In this document: piece by piece, positions 36,657-46,006 of the stretch
How the letters are laid out: the number at the start of each line of letters is the position of its first letter
How positions within the stretch are numbered: the first letter of the stretch is position 1
Assembly: GCA_016839945.1 (NCBI GenBank)
Contig: JAEOTE010000033.1
Span: forward strand, 1 to 46,766
Direction of reading: 5' to 3'
DNA from: Candidatus Heimdallarchaeota archaeon
GTDB taxonomy: Archaea; Asgardarchaeota; Heimdallarchaeia; Heimdallarchaeales; Heimdallarchaeaceae
DNA length: 46,766 nucleotides
Notes under the pieces: generated by a model
What the model saw: only the letters and a program-made list of their open reading frames with translations
What the model was told of the DNA's origin: nothing
The model's database searches: none
Translations under genes and position numbers: made by a program

Positions 36657-37088
36657 GTGAACATTTTGTTGTTTCCAGCAAGTTTGATAACCAGACAGTT
36701 GGAAGAAGACTATTCAGAAGAAGGGATCATCTTTGCGCAGAGGAGAATAATAGAGCTTGAAAATAATCTACTTTTTATTCAAGACATCCTGAATCAGAGT
36801 TTGCTTATCATATATAATCAGCTTAAAGATAAACAAAAGTCAATTTTCTATATAGCATCTAAATTACTGAAAAAGGACATTACTTCAATCAACAGACTTT
36901 CAGAGAAAATTGCAGAAAAAATGAATTTATCTTTTTCAACTGCAAAATGGAACATAACTAAACTCAGAGATTTAGGACTACTTGAAACAAATGGACAAAG
37001 AGGAAATATAAAAACTACAATTTCTTTAACTCAACTTGGATTCTCACTCTATTTAGCTCTCTCGCAAAGCAAAGAAAGAACCTTGTAA
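36657..37088 (+). CDS. Winged-helix DNA-binding protein, putative transcriptional regulator
   Basis: SINRLSEKIAEKMNLSFSTAKWNITKLRDLGLLE...ISLTQLG is a typical wHTH pattern. Confidence 0.72.
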   Translation: MNILLFPASLITRQLEEDYSEEGIIFAQRRIIELENNLLFIQDILNQSLLIIYNQLKDKQKSIFYIASKLLKKDITSINRLSEKIAEKMNLSFSTAKWNITKLRDLGLLETNGQRGNIKTTISLTQLGFSLYLALSQSKERTL

Positions 37089-37140
37089 AAACACAAATAA
37101 TATATGAACAGAAAAATATCTTCAAGCATAGGTATAAAAA

Positions 37141-38067
37141 ATGAAGGAAAAGCTAATTAGCTACAAAAAATCAGGAGAAATACTATCAAAAGCACTTGAT
37201 CATGCTGTATCTATAACAAAACCTGGGAAAAAATTTCTAGACATAGCTGAAGAAGTAGAAAATTTCATTCGAAAACATTCAGCTCAACCAGCTTTTCCTC
37301 TAAATATTTCTATTAATGAAGTTGCAGCTCATTACTCTCCTAAAATAGAGGATAGTAGTTTAATACCTGAAAAATCTATAGTAAAACTTGATATTGGGGT
37401 TTCAGTAAATGGATACCTAACTGATGCAGCAAGAACTGTTATTTTTGATAAGAAATGGAAGAAAATGAAAGATGCTGCAAAAGATGCTTTTGATATAGCT
37501 GTGATTGATATTAAACCTAATTCAAGTGTTTATACCATTGGAGAAACTGTAGAAAGCACATTGAAGAATAGAGGTTTCAAACCTATCGTAAATCTGAGTG
37601 GTCATCTTATGTTAAAATACAATCTTCATGGTGGAGTATCAATACCGAATTATAAAGTTCCAAAAAAGGCTAGAATGGATAATCATAAATTTATTTCAGG
37701 GAATGCATATGCAATAGAACCTTTTGCTACAACTGGAATGGGGAAAGTGTATGATGATGAAGAAGAAACAATTTTTCGTCAATTTAGAAATTTTAGAGAA
37801 GGATCTATTCCGAAAAATGTAGAAAATATTTACAATTATATTAGTGATAACTTTCATAAGTTACCCTTTAGTTGGAGATGGGTTTATAATGCAGGCTATT
37901 CAAAAAAAGAGATTTCTGATGCAAAACGAATTCTGATGGATAACCAAATTGTTCATGGTTATCCTGTTTTGATTGAGACGAAAAAAGCTCCTGTTACACA
38001 ATATGAAGATACTATTTTTGTTGGAAAGAATAAAATCTATCTCTTAACAAGATTAAAATCAAAATAA
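37141..38067 (+). CDS. map: Methionine aminopeptidase, type II (archaeal/eukaryotic)
   Basis: PAFPLNISINEVAAHYSP, VKLDIGV..NGYLTDAART, NLSGH, YAIEPFATTG, type II helical insert, YPVL, QYEDT. Confidence 0.94.
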   Translation: MKEKLISYKKSGEILSKALDHAVSITKPGKKFLDIAEEVENFIRKHSAQPAFPLNISINEVAAHYSPKIEDSSLIPEKSIVKLDIGVSVNGYLTDAARTVIFDKKWKKMKDAAKDAFDIAVIDIKPNSSVYTIGETVESTLKNRGFKPIVNLSGHLMLKYNLHGGVSIPNYKVPKKARMDNHKFISGNAYAIEPFATTGMGKVYDDEEETIFRQFRNFREGSIPKNVENIYNYISDNFHKLPFSWRWVYNAGYSKKEISDAKRILMDNQIVHGYPVLIETKKAPVTQYEDTIFVGKNKIYLLTRLKSK

Positions 38068-38958
38068 CTATTTAGAATCTATTTCTTCTATTAAATTCCC
38101 TAACATCTCTGTAAACTCAGCTACACCAGGTTTTGTATGAATGAAATTATAATCAGGAATATCAATAAGACGACTATTTTGTACTAATTGCCCTACTAGT
38201 TTTGCAGCTTGTATGTTATGATATCTGTCCTCAGTAGCTGAAAAAATGAAAACTAGGCATTCTATTTTCTTTAAATTATCAGAACTATTCCAGTAACGTA
38301 CTTTGGAGCATTGTTTCCACCTTCGCACATCTATTTTATCTATACGATCATTGTATACTTTCTCTTGAAAGACATTTTCAATTTTATTTCTCAGATATCT
38401 TCTTGCGATAGATTTTCCAACTTTCTCTAATAGAAAAGCAGGCAAAGAAAAGGCAATTTTTGTAGAGATTTTAGGATAATTTGGTGCAACTGAAGGTCCT
38501 ACAAAAAAACATCCTTTAGCTTTTATCCATCCTTGTCCGATACAATGAGCTATATAATGAACACCAATGCTTGATCCAAAAAAAACGACATTGTCTTCTT
38601 TTATTTTCAAATGATGCATTATTTCTAATATATCTAAAGACATTCTTTTTACGCTGCACTCTCCTTTCTTCTTTAGATTAACAGTAGGTTTTTCTCTAGA
38701 ATCTATAACAACGAGATCATATTTTTTGAATAATTCATCCCAGAAATCTGTCCACGAACAAACACCAGGCCCAACACCTTGTATGAAAAGAAAAGTTGTT
38801 TTTTCAAAGTTTCCTTGCTTCTTAGAATAATAACAAGGTATTTCTTGTCCATCTGACATCAGAACATTTTCTTTTACTGATTCTTTGAGAAAAATCATGT
38901 CTTGTGGATATTCTTCTTCTAGTGTTTTGGTTTTCATTTTATTACATCTATATTGCAA
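38068..38958 (-). CDS. Alpha/beta-fold hydrolase
   Basis: FLFIQG oxyanion region, GSSIG nucleophile elbow, ATEDR Asp and a late His. Probable start ATG 38937. Confidence 0.78.
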   Translation of the reverse strand: MQYRCNKMKTKTLEEEYPQDMIFLKESVKENVLMSDGQEIPCYYSKKQGNFEKTTFLFIQGVGPGVCSWTDFWDELFKKYDLVVIDSREKPTVNLKKKGECSVKRMSLDILEIMHHLKIKEDNVVFFGSSIGVHYIAHCIGQGWIKAKGCFFVGPSVAPNYPKISTKIAFSLPAFLLEKVGKSIARRYLRNKIENVFQEKVYNDRIDKIDVRRWKQCSKVRYWNSSDNLKKIECLVFIFSATEDRYHNIQAAKLVGQLVQNSRLIDIPDYNFIHTKPGVAEFTEMLGNLIEEIDSK

Positions 38959-39015
38959 TTAAACTCGTTCATTGTGTATCATCTAAATTTAAACTATGTG
39001 AAAGGTATATGAGAT

Positions 39016-40200
39016 TTAGATGATTAAATCTTCTAAATCTCTTGGATATGGAGTTATTCTTTCATTACCATCTTCTGTTATTATCACCGTATCAGAGTGT
39101 CTGAATCCTCCAAATTTATATTCATAGATACCAGGTTCACATGTAAACACCATACCAGGAAGCATAATTTCATCGACACCAATATCTAGAAATGGTGCTT
39201 CATGTCCCTCCATTCCTATAGCGTGACCTGTATGATGTTGAGTTAGATGCTTCAATCCAGCTTCTTTTATCACTTTTATTGCTGCATTGTCAACTTCACT
39301 GCAGGGAACATGAGGTTTAAACGCTTCTAACGCTGCATCTTGAGCTTTTTTCATTACATCAAAATATCTTCTTTGTTTTTCATTGGGTTCTCCAATAAAC
39401 ATTGTTCTTTCCAATTCAGAAAGATATCCTGAAACATTTGCTCCAGCACCAGTAACAAGAACGTCTCCTTTCTTAAACACAGTCTTCTCAATAACAGAAT
39501 GTGGTATAGCTGACCATTTACCTATTTGTCCTCTATAACCAGCACCTGCAGGTAAAATTCCTCTAGGTACAAAACCTTCTAAATCATCTAACATTTTTTT
39601 AGATGCATCAATGCAAGCTTTTAGAGATACTTCTACTTCATTCTTACCTTCAGCTGTATACTCCTGTAAATATCTGTGTGCTAAATCACCATATTTAGCA
39701 GAAATTTTAATTAAACGCAACTCTTCTTCATCTTTTATCTTTCTTATTTCTTGAATCAAAGTTGAATGAAGCTCAGTTTCTACCTTGTTTTCCAATAGTT
39801 CTGTTAGCTTAGGTCCACTATATCCCCAATAACTTGAGAAAGAAGGAGCTTCCATACCTATTTTCTTCTTTGTAATTTTCCTTTCTTCTAACCTTTCAAT
39901 GAAAATCTTAGCAGGATGTTTCAAATCAGGATATTCGAAATATATTTCTCTTTCTACCCAAGGAATTTTTTCGATTAGATGCTCTTGTTCTAATCTTGGA
40001 ACATAAAACCAAGGCTCATCTGAAACAGGGAGTACAAATGCTATAGGTCTCTCTGTAGGAATAAAATGGTAACCAGTCAGGTAGTAAATTGATAAGGGAC
40101 TGAAAAAAACCATTGAGCCAAGTTCTTTTTCTTCAGAAAACTTTCTGATTCTTTCTATTCTCTTAAGATGATTTTCTTTTGAAATTGTATATTTATTCAT
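39016..40200 (-). CDS. Xaa-Pro peptidase family (M24) protein
   Basis: Creatinase-type N-domain IYYLTG, RKIKDEEE, GYLSELERT, HHTGHAIGMEGHE, FTCEPGIY, GGFRHSDTV. Confidence 0.88.
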   Translation of the reverse strand: MNKYTISKENHLKRIERIRKFSEEKELGSMVFFSPLSIYYLTGYHFIPTERPIAFVLPVSDEPWFYVPRLEQEHLIEKIPWVEREIYFEYPDLKHPAKIFIERLEERKITKKKIGMEAPSFSSYWGYSGPKLTELLENKVETELHSTLIQEIRKIKDEEELRLIKISAKYGDLAHRYLQEYTAEGKNEVEVSLKACIDASKKMLDDLEGFVPRGILPAGAGYRGQIGKWSAIPHSVIEKTVFKKGDVLVTGAGANVSGYLSELERTMFIGEPNEKQRRYFDVMKKAQDAALEAFKPHVPCSEVDNAAIKVIKEAGLKHLTQHHTGHAIGMEGHEAPFLDIGVDEIMLPGMVFTCEPGIYEYKFGGFRHSDTVIITEDGNERITPYPRDLEDLII

Positions 40201-40216
40201 TTTGGATCTTTCCTCT

Positions 40217-40666
40217 TCATGTAAAACCGATTACAATACCAGTTGGAAGGGTCTTTCTTATTTCAATTAAATCTGGTTTATATAAAAATAACGCATTTGT
40301 TGGTAAAGGATTCTTTCTGAAATCATCCCACTCTTTGTCATATTTATTCAATGCTTTTAATACTAAATATTGATCTATCAGTTCTCCTGATATAACATAA
40401 ACGCCTTTTCCTAAATCCCTCCTTCTAATAACTAAAATAGGTAAAAAAACATCTTTGTGTTTCTTTTCAGGACAGATTTTTGAAAGAACATCTATCTCTT
40501 TTGCATTAATATGGAGTTCTATGTCTTCTCTACTCATATAGAAATTCTTACCCTTTATCGCGTCTTCTAACGAAACCCTTGTTTTTGGTAAATGGAGGTT
40601 TACTGATTCTATTTCACGTTTTAGGAACTTACTCAGCTTATCATCCAAACTCACACATTTCACCAA
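40217..40666 (-). CDS. DUF61 / UPF0216 family protein
   Basis: VNLHLPKTRVSLED...LPILV......GVYVISG...LYKP pattern typical of this archaeal family. Confidence 0.7.
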   Translation of the reverse strand: MVKCVSLDDKLSKFLKREIESVNLHLPKTRVSLEDAIKGKNFYMSREDIELHINAKEIDVLSKICPEKKHKDVFLPILVIRRRDLGKGVYVISGELIDQYLVLKALNKYDKEWDDFRKNPLPTNALFLYKPDLIEIRKTLPTGIVIGFT

Positions 40667-40669
40667 TTA

Positions 40670-41449
40670 TTACTCAGCATATTTTCTTGGGAAGAAGATT
40701 CGATCTATTTGGGAGAATATAAGAAAAGATCCTGTTAAGATTGGTATAAATACTGTTATTATGCTAAAGAGTAGAAAGATGAAGACTGCTCCAGAAAGGT
40801 AAATGAATAATATATCATTGACAAATGCAGCATTTGTAACAATTATCAAAACTATGGCTGCTGCTATATTAATTATCACATCAATTACTATTGCATAGGT
40901 AACCCAGTACCTTATTCCCTTTTTATCAGAGGTATATCTTCGTACAATTTTTCCGAATAAATATCCTATTAGGATTGCAAATATAATGCCTACTAAGATT
41001 GAAACTGCGTTTATCTCCATTGTATCCTCAAGGTTTATGGGAATTCCAGGATAGAGATTGATATCTGGATCAGAAATTTTAATGGAAAGAAATGATAACA
41101 GAAAATTTATTCCGTAATGGATTATTGAAACACATATTGCAAGAAGAGAAATGAAAATTATTTTTTTACCAATGGAATAATCTAGTTCTACACTTTCTTT
41201 AATTACTTTCTTTTTGGCTTTCTTCTCTTCAACTGGTTTAGCTTCTGGGACTTCAGGCAAAGCCATTTCCTTTTTCTCTTCTGGTTCACTTGGAACCTCA
41301 GGAACACCAAGAGCTTCTGCTGCTTGAACCTCTGGATCCTTTATTTTTTCAGCTGTTTCAGCTATGTCAGTATCACAAAAAACGCACTTCTTTGTTCCAA
41401 CTATATTGAGATTTCCACAGTTTTCACAACGAACAAATTCTTCACTCAT
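40670..41449 (-). CDS. Zinc-ribbon membrane protein (N-terminal C4 finger, Pro/Glu linker, ~4 TM helices)
   Basis: CENC-x3-N-x6-CVFC finger, linker containing VPEVPSEP and LPEVP, hydrophobic C-terminal half. Confidence 0.75.
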   Translation of the reverse strand: MSEEFVRCENCGNLNIVGTKKCVFCDTDIAETAEKIKDPEVQAAEALGVPEVPSEPEEKKEMALPEVPEAKPVEEKKAKKKVIKESVELDYSIGKKIIFISLLAICVSIIHYGINFLLSFLSIKISDPDINLYPGIPINLEDTMEINAVSILVGIIFAILIGYLFGKIVRRYTSDKKGIRYWVTYAIVIDVIINIAAAIVLIIVTNAAFVNDILFIYLSGAVFIFLLFSIITVFIPILTGSFLIFSQIDRIFFPRKYAE

Positions 41450-41502
41450 TACTAATTAATAAGAAGTTTGAAATTAAAAAAGTATCTGATGAATCTTATA
41501 AA

Positions 41503-42684
41503 CTATAGATTCATTTCATAATCTTTCGCTTCACTAATTAATTTATCAAAAAGAACGCTTTGATCTTTTGAGAGTTTCATCTTTTCATTGAGCTTAACAA
41601 GTAATTCTTTTTCTTCTTCAGAAAGTCTCTTTGGAACATCATAATGAACTACAATAAGAAAATCACCATAGTTCATTCCATAAGGAGTTTTGCGCTGTAT
41701 ACCTTTTCTTTGTAAGCGAAGAATATTGCTTTCCTTGGTTTTTGGTGGAATCTTAACTTTTTCTGGACCATAAGGTGTGGGTATTTTGAGTTCTCCCCCT
41801 AATACTGCTAGCGGATAAGGTATAGCAATTTCTACAACGATGTTATCACCTTGTCTATTATAGAAAGGATGTGATTCAACTATTAAACGAATGTAAAGAT
41901 CTCCTCTTCCTCCACCCAATTTTCCTTTTTCACCTTTTCCCTTGATTCTCAACCTAAATCCAGAATCTACTCCAGGAGGAATATCTAACTTTATTTTTTC
42001 ATTTTCTTTAGATCTTCCAGATCCTTTGCATTCCTTACAAGGTTTAGAGATTATCTCTCCTTCACCTCTACATTTAGAGCAAGCTTGTTGAGAAATGTAT
42101 CGTGTGAAACCCATCTGACGAGTGATAGTCTGCATACCTGATCCTTGACAATCAGGACATTTTTTAGGGGAGGATCCAGCTTGAGCACCAGAACCTTCAC
42201 AACTAAGGCAGATTTTTTTGATAGGAACTTCAACAACTTTCTTTCCACCATAAACAGCTTCATAGAAAGAGATTTCAAAGTTCATTAACAAATCAGAACC
42301 TTGTTGAGGTCCAGCAGGACGACGGCTTCTAGCTCTTCCTCCAAAGAAGCTACTAAAAAGATCATCACCAAAAAAATCTTCACTGAAAATAGAGGAAAAT
42401 AAATCTGAAAATGTTGAAAAATCTCGAGCATTGACACCAGCAAAATCTGATTGAACACCTGCAAAACCAAATCTATCATAAGCAGATCTTTTCTGTGAAT
42501 CAGAGAGAATTTCATAAGCTTCGGTTGCTTCTTTAAATTTCACTGCAGCAGCTGGATCATCTGGATTTTGATCTGGATGATACTGCATAGCTTTCTTTCT
42601 ATAAGATTTTTTTATCTCATTTTCAGATGCATCTTTTGAAACACCAAGCACTTCATAGTAATCTCGTTTATCAGACTTCGACAT
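41503..42684 (-). CDS. dnaJ: Molecular chaperone DnaJ (class A)
   Basis: DYYEVLGV, HPD motif, G/F-rich region, four CxxCxGxG motifs, C-terminal domain with GDLY. Confidence 0.97.
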   Translation of the reverse strand: MSKSDKRDYYEVLGVSKDASENEIKKSYRKKAMQYHPDQNPDDPAAAVKFKEATEAYEILSDSQKRSAYDRFGFAGVQSDFAGVNARDFSTFSDLFSSIFSEDFFGDDLFSSFFGGRARSRRPAGPQQGSDLLMNFEISFYEAVYGGKKVVEVPIKKICLSCEGSGAQAGSSPKKCPDCQGSGMQTITRQMGFTRYISQQACSKCRGEGEIISKPCKECKGSGRSKENEKIKLDIPPGVDSGFRLRIKGKGEKGKLGGGRGDLYIRLIVESHPFYNRQGDNIVVEIAIPYPLAVLGGELKIPTPYGPEKVKIPPKTKESNILRLQRKGIQRKTPYGMNYGDFLIVVHYDVPKRLSEEEKELLVKLNEKMKLSKDQSVLFDKLISEAKDYEMNL

Positions 42685-42720
42685 ATATAATCCTCTATGT
42701 GTTATAGTATAGTGCGCAAA

Positions 42721-42772
42721 ATAAAAAAGAAAAAGGGGATAAAAATCTTATCGTTTAGCGAGATAAAGAAGA
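42721..42772 (-). terminator. Putative terminator between dnaK and dnaJ
   Basis: Imperfect hairpin (ttatc...gataa) followed on the minus strand by pyrimidine/T tracts. Confidence 0.3.
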
Positions 42773-44677
42773 TTATTCTTCATCTTCCTCTACAGGTTCA
42801 TAATCCACATCTATAACTTGTTCCTCATCAATATCAGGTTGTTGAGGAGCACTTGGTCCTTCTGGAACACCTGGTCCATATTGGCTTGGGTCAGGCTGAG
42901 TTCCATCTGGTGCTTGTCCAGTTTCTGCATAAATTCTTTGAGATATTTTGTATATTTCTTGCATTAGTTCTTCAGTTGTTGCTTTGATTTTTTCTATATC
43001 ATCGCCTTCTATTATCTTCTTTAGTTCGTCCGATTTTTCTTCTATCTCTTTTTTCTCAGATTCAGTAACTTTGTCACCAAGTTCTTTAAGTGTATTTTCG
43101 ATACTATAGATAGCTTGTTCAGCACTGTTTTTAGCTTCAACAAGTTCTCTTCTTTGTTCATCTTCTTCTTTGTATTTCTCTGCATCTACTTTCATTTTCT
43201 CAATTTCATCATCTGTTAAGTGAGAAGATTGAATCTGGATGCTTTGTTCTTTTCCTGTACCTAAATCTTTTGCAGAAACTTGTGTTATACCATTTGCATC
43301 TATATCAAATTGAACCTCTATCTGTGGAATTCCTCTAGGTGCTGGTGGGATACCCACAAGTTCAAATTTTCCTAGAGTTATGTTATCCGCTGCCATTGTT
43401 CTTTCACCTTGAAGAACATGAATACTCACAGCAGGTTGATTGTGTTCTAGTGTTGTAAATACTTTCTTTCTGGTAACTGGAATTGTAGTATTTCTTTCCA
43501 CTAAAGCTGTTAGAACACCTCCCATAGGAGAGTAAGTTTCTACTCCCAGAGTTAAAGGTGTTACATCAAGAAGGAGAATATCTTTTCTCTCTCCAGCTAG
43601 AACAGCTGCTTGGACTGCAGCACCAAGTGCTACAACTTCTTCAGGAGCTACACCTTTATGAGGTTCTTTTCCGAAAAGTTCTTTAGCCATTTCTCTTATC
43701 ATAGGCATTCTTGTAGCTCCACCAACGAGAATGACTTTGTCTAATTCTCCAGTTTTTACTTTAGCGTCCTGCATAGCTTGTTTTGAAGGTTCTGCACATT
43801 TTTCAACAAGATCTTTAGTCATATCTTCAAATTTTGCTCTAGTAAATTCTAAATCGAGATGCTTTGCTCCAGATGCATCAGCTGTAATATATGGTAAACT
43901 AATTTTTGTTTTTAATTTGGAAGTAAGCTCAATTTTTGCATCTTCAGCAGCGTCTTTCAATCTTTGCATTATTTTTGCATCTTTTGATAAATCGATACCT
44001 TCTTTCTTCTTGAATTCAGCAACAATCCATTCAATAATTCTTTCATCCCAATCATCCCCTCCAAGTAGATTATTTCCAGATGTGGCTATCACCTTGAAAA
44101 GGCCTTCATCAAGTTCTAGGATTGAAATATCAAAAGTTCCTCCTCCCAGATCAAAGACTAAAACTCTTTCAGCTCCTTCTTTATCTAAACCATAAGCTAA
44201 TGCACTAGCTGTTGGTTCATTTACAATTCGTAAAACTTCTAAACCAGCAATTTCACCAGCATCCTTAGTTGCTTGTCTTTGTGTATCACTAAAATATGCC
44301 GGAACAGTGATTACTGCTTTCTCTATCTTTTCTCCTAAATACGCTTCGGCATCTTCTTTCAATTTTGTTAGAATTAGCGCAGAAATTTCTTCAGGTCGAT
44401 AATCCTTTTTTTCAACTGTGAATTTATAATCAGTACCCATTTTTCTTTTAATGCTTCTTACAGTTCTATCATGAAAAGCAACAGCTTGTCTTTTTGCTTG
44501 AATTCCGACTGTACGGGTTCCATCTTCATTAAAAGTAACAACACTTGGAGTAATCCTACCACCCTCAATATTGGGTATAATCTCAGGTTTTCCTGCCACC
44601 ATATGAGCAATACCTGAGTTTGTTGTTCCTAAATCTATACCAACTACAAGTTCTTTCTTTGTCTTTTTTTCACTCAT
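42773..44677 (-). CDS. dnaK: Molecular chaperone DnaK (Hsp70)
   Basis: [61 protein letters not shown] upstream. Confidence 0.98.
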   Translation of the reverse strand: MSEKKTKKELVVGIDLGTTNSGIAHMVAGKPEIIPNIEGGRITPSVVTFNEDGTRTVGIQAKRQAVAFHDRTVRSIKRKMGTDYKFTVEKKDYRPEEISALILTKLKEDAEAYLGEKIEKAVITVPAYFSDTQRQATKDAGEIAGLEVLRIVNEPTASALAYGLDKEGAERVLVFDLGGGTFDISILELDEGLFKVIATSGNNLLGGDDWDERIIEWIVAEFKKKEGIDLSKDAKIMQRLKDAAEDAKIELTSKLKTKISLPYITADASGAKHLDLEFTRAKFEDMTKDLVEKCAEPSKQAMQDAKVKTGELDKVILVGGATRMPMIREMAKELFGKEPHKGVAPEEVVALGAAVQAAVLAGERKDILLLDVTPLTLGVETYSPMGGVLTALVERNTTIPVTRKKVFTTLEHNQPAVSIHVLQGERTMAADNITLGKFELVGIPPAPRGIPQIEVQFDIDANGITQVSAKDLGTGKEQSIQIQSSHLTDDEIEKMKVDAEKYKEEDEQRRELVEAKNSAEQAIYSIENTLKELGDKVTESEKKEIEEKSDELKKIIEGDDIEKIKATTEELMQEIYKISQRIYAETGQAPDGTQPDPSQYGPGVPEGPSAPQQPDIDEEQVIDVDYEPVEEDEE

Positions 44678-44737
44678 TTAATTCACCTTTAAGCTTTGAC
44701 AAATAGGTAGTTTATTTTTGGAAAATTTGCTAATTAC

Positions 44738-44750
44738 TGATATATATATG
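44738..44750 (-). promoter_or_regulatory. TATA-like element upstream of dnaK
   Basis: TATATATAT tract about 65 bp upstream of the start codon. Confidence 0.35.
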
Positions 44751-44805
44751 TTACCATTATTAAAAAATAGAGTTTTTACAAAAAAGAAAGGAGAAGATAT
44801 TGATC

Positions 44806-45828
44806 TTAGGTAAGAGTAGGTTTTCCTCTAGTTTTGTACTTAGTTGCTTTTTTCTTCCTCTTTGTGTAATATGGAGATTTTTCAAGAAGAATTACTCTAA
44901 CAAGAGGTTTGAAAAGACTAATCAAAAATCTTCGGAAGCTAACCTTTTTCTTGTATACCTTCAGAAAATCATCAAATGTATTTTTTTGGAAATTCAATAA
45001 TTTTTGTGCTTCTTTAGTGTTCATCCAATCGCAGTGATAATAATCATTAATGCTATTTACAGGTTTAAATGCTTCATCTGGGAGCATTCCAATACCTAGA
45101 ACTTCTAGCATTTTTGATACAAATTCTCTTTGATATAATTGATTACCCTTTCCTCCTCCAATAAAAAGTGTCTTACCTATTACATCAGCTTCTAGTGTAT
45201 TTACACAAGCTAATGCTGCATCTCTGGAGTCTACCAATTCTATTCTCTGTTCCAAAGGAACCTCATACATTATATCAGGTATCTTCCAAGTCATCTCGAA
45301 TGGAGTTACAGCTGCAAATCGTAGAATAACCCAAGGAATTGCACTTTTCCAAAATTCCTTTTCAACTTCTATCTTATGCTTTGCATAGTTATCATAATCC
45401 AAAGGATCAAAAGGATCATCCACCTTTGTAGGAGGTTCTTTATCCATTCTATTACCATGAACAGCTATAGAAGAGATGTATACAAATCTAGGAGGATTTT
45501 TCATTTTCTCAGCAGCTCTTAACAAATTAATAGAACCCTTTACATTAACATCATAAGCTAGTTTTTGTTTTTCATATGCTAATGGAGGAATAATCGCTGC
45601 TAGATGTATTATAGCATCAACATCTTTCACAATTTTAGTAGTAGTTTTAGAATCTCTAATGTCACCCCAGATTGTTTCAAAAATCCCAATTTTTCTCAAT
45701 CTTGTTTCTAATTGCACATTTCGAGGATTCTTTAAATCAAAACATCTTACAGAATATCCTCTATTTAACAATATTTTTAGAGTTCTCTGACCAACGTTGC
45801 CAAAAGCCCCAGTTAATAAAACTTTCAT
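44806..45828 (-). CDS. NAD-dependent epimerase/dehydratase (extended SDR)
   Basis: VLLTGAFGNVG, GDIRD, IIHLAA, YISS, and YAKHK (YxxxK). Confidence 0.9.
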   Translation of the reverse strand: MKVLLTGAFGNVGQRTLKILLNRGYSVRCFDLKNPRNVQLETRLRKIGIFETIWGDIRDSKTTTKIVKDVDAIIHLAAIIPPLAYEKQKLAYDVNVKGSINLLRAAEKMKNPPRFVYISSIAVHGNRMDKEPPTKVDDPFDPLDYDNYAKHKIEVEKEFWKSAIPWVILRFAAVTPFEMTWKIPDIMYEVPLEQRIELVDSRDAALACVNTLEADVIGKTLFIGGGKGNQLYQREFVSKMLEVLGIGMLPDEAFKPVNSINDYYHCDWMNTKEAQKLLNFQKNTFDDFLKVYKKKVSFRRFLISLFKPLVRVILLEKSPYYTKRKKKATKYKTRGKPTLT

Positions 45829-46006
45829 GAGAAAATAAGCACACGGGCAGATATATAGAGTCCAGTGAAACGGTAATTCTATGAGTTTGGAATTGTAATT
45901 CTGGTTTCGGGAAAACTCGAATTGATATTTCGTACGACTATTTATAAAGGAAATTTTTTTTTCCTTTTTTCATTATTCGTTGTTTTAATGATTATAGAAT
46001 ATCTTG

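Noticed and set aside
43731-44195. 154-aa plus-strand ORF inside dnaK, and the other short ORFs nested antisense or out of frame in long genes
   Set aside because: Typical shadow ORFs, fully overlapped by well-supported genes and lacking motifs.
44678-44805. CIRCE/HrcA operator upstream of dnaK
   Set aside because: Only a partial TTAGCA half-site is present, with no TTAGCACTC-N9-GAGTGCTAA inverted repeat.
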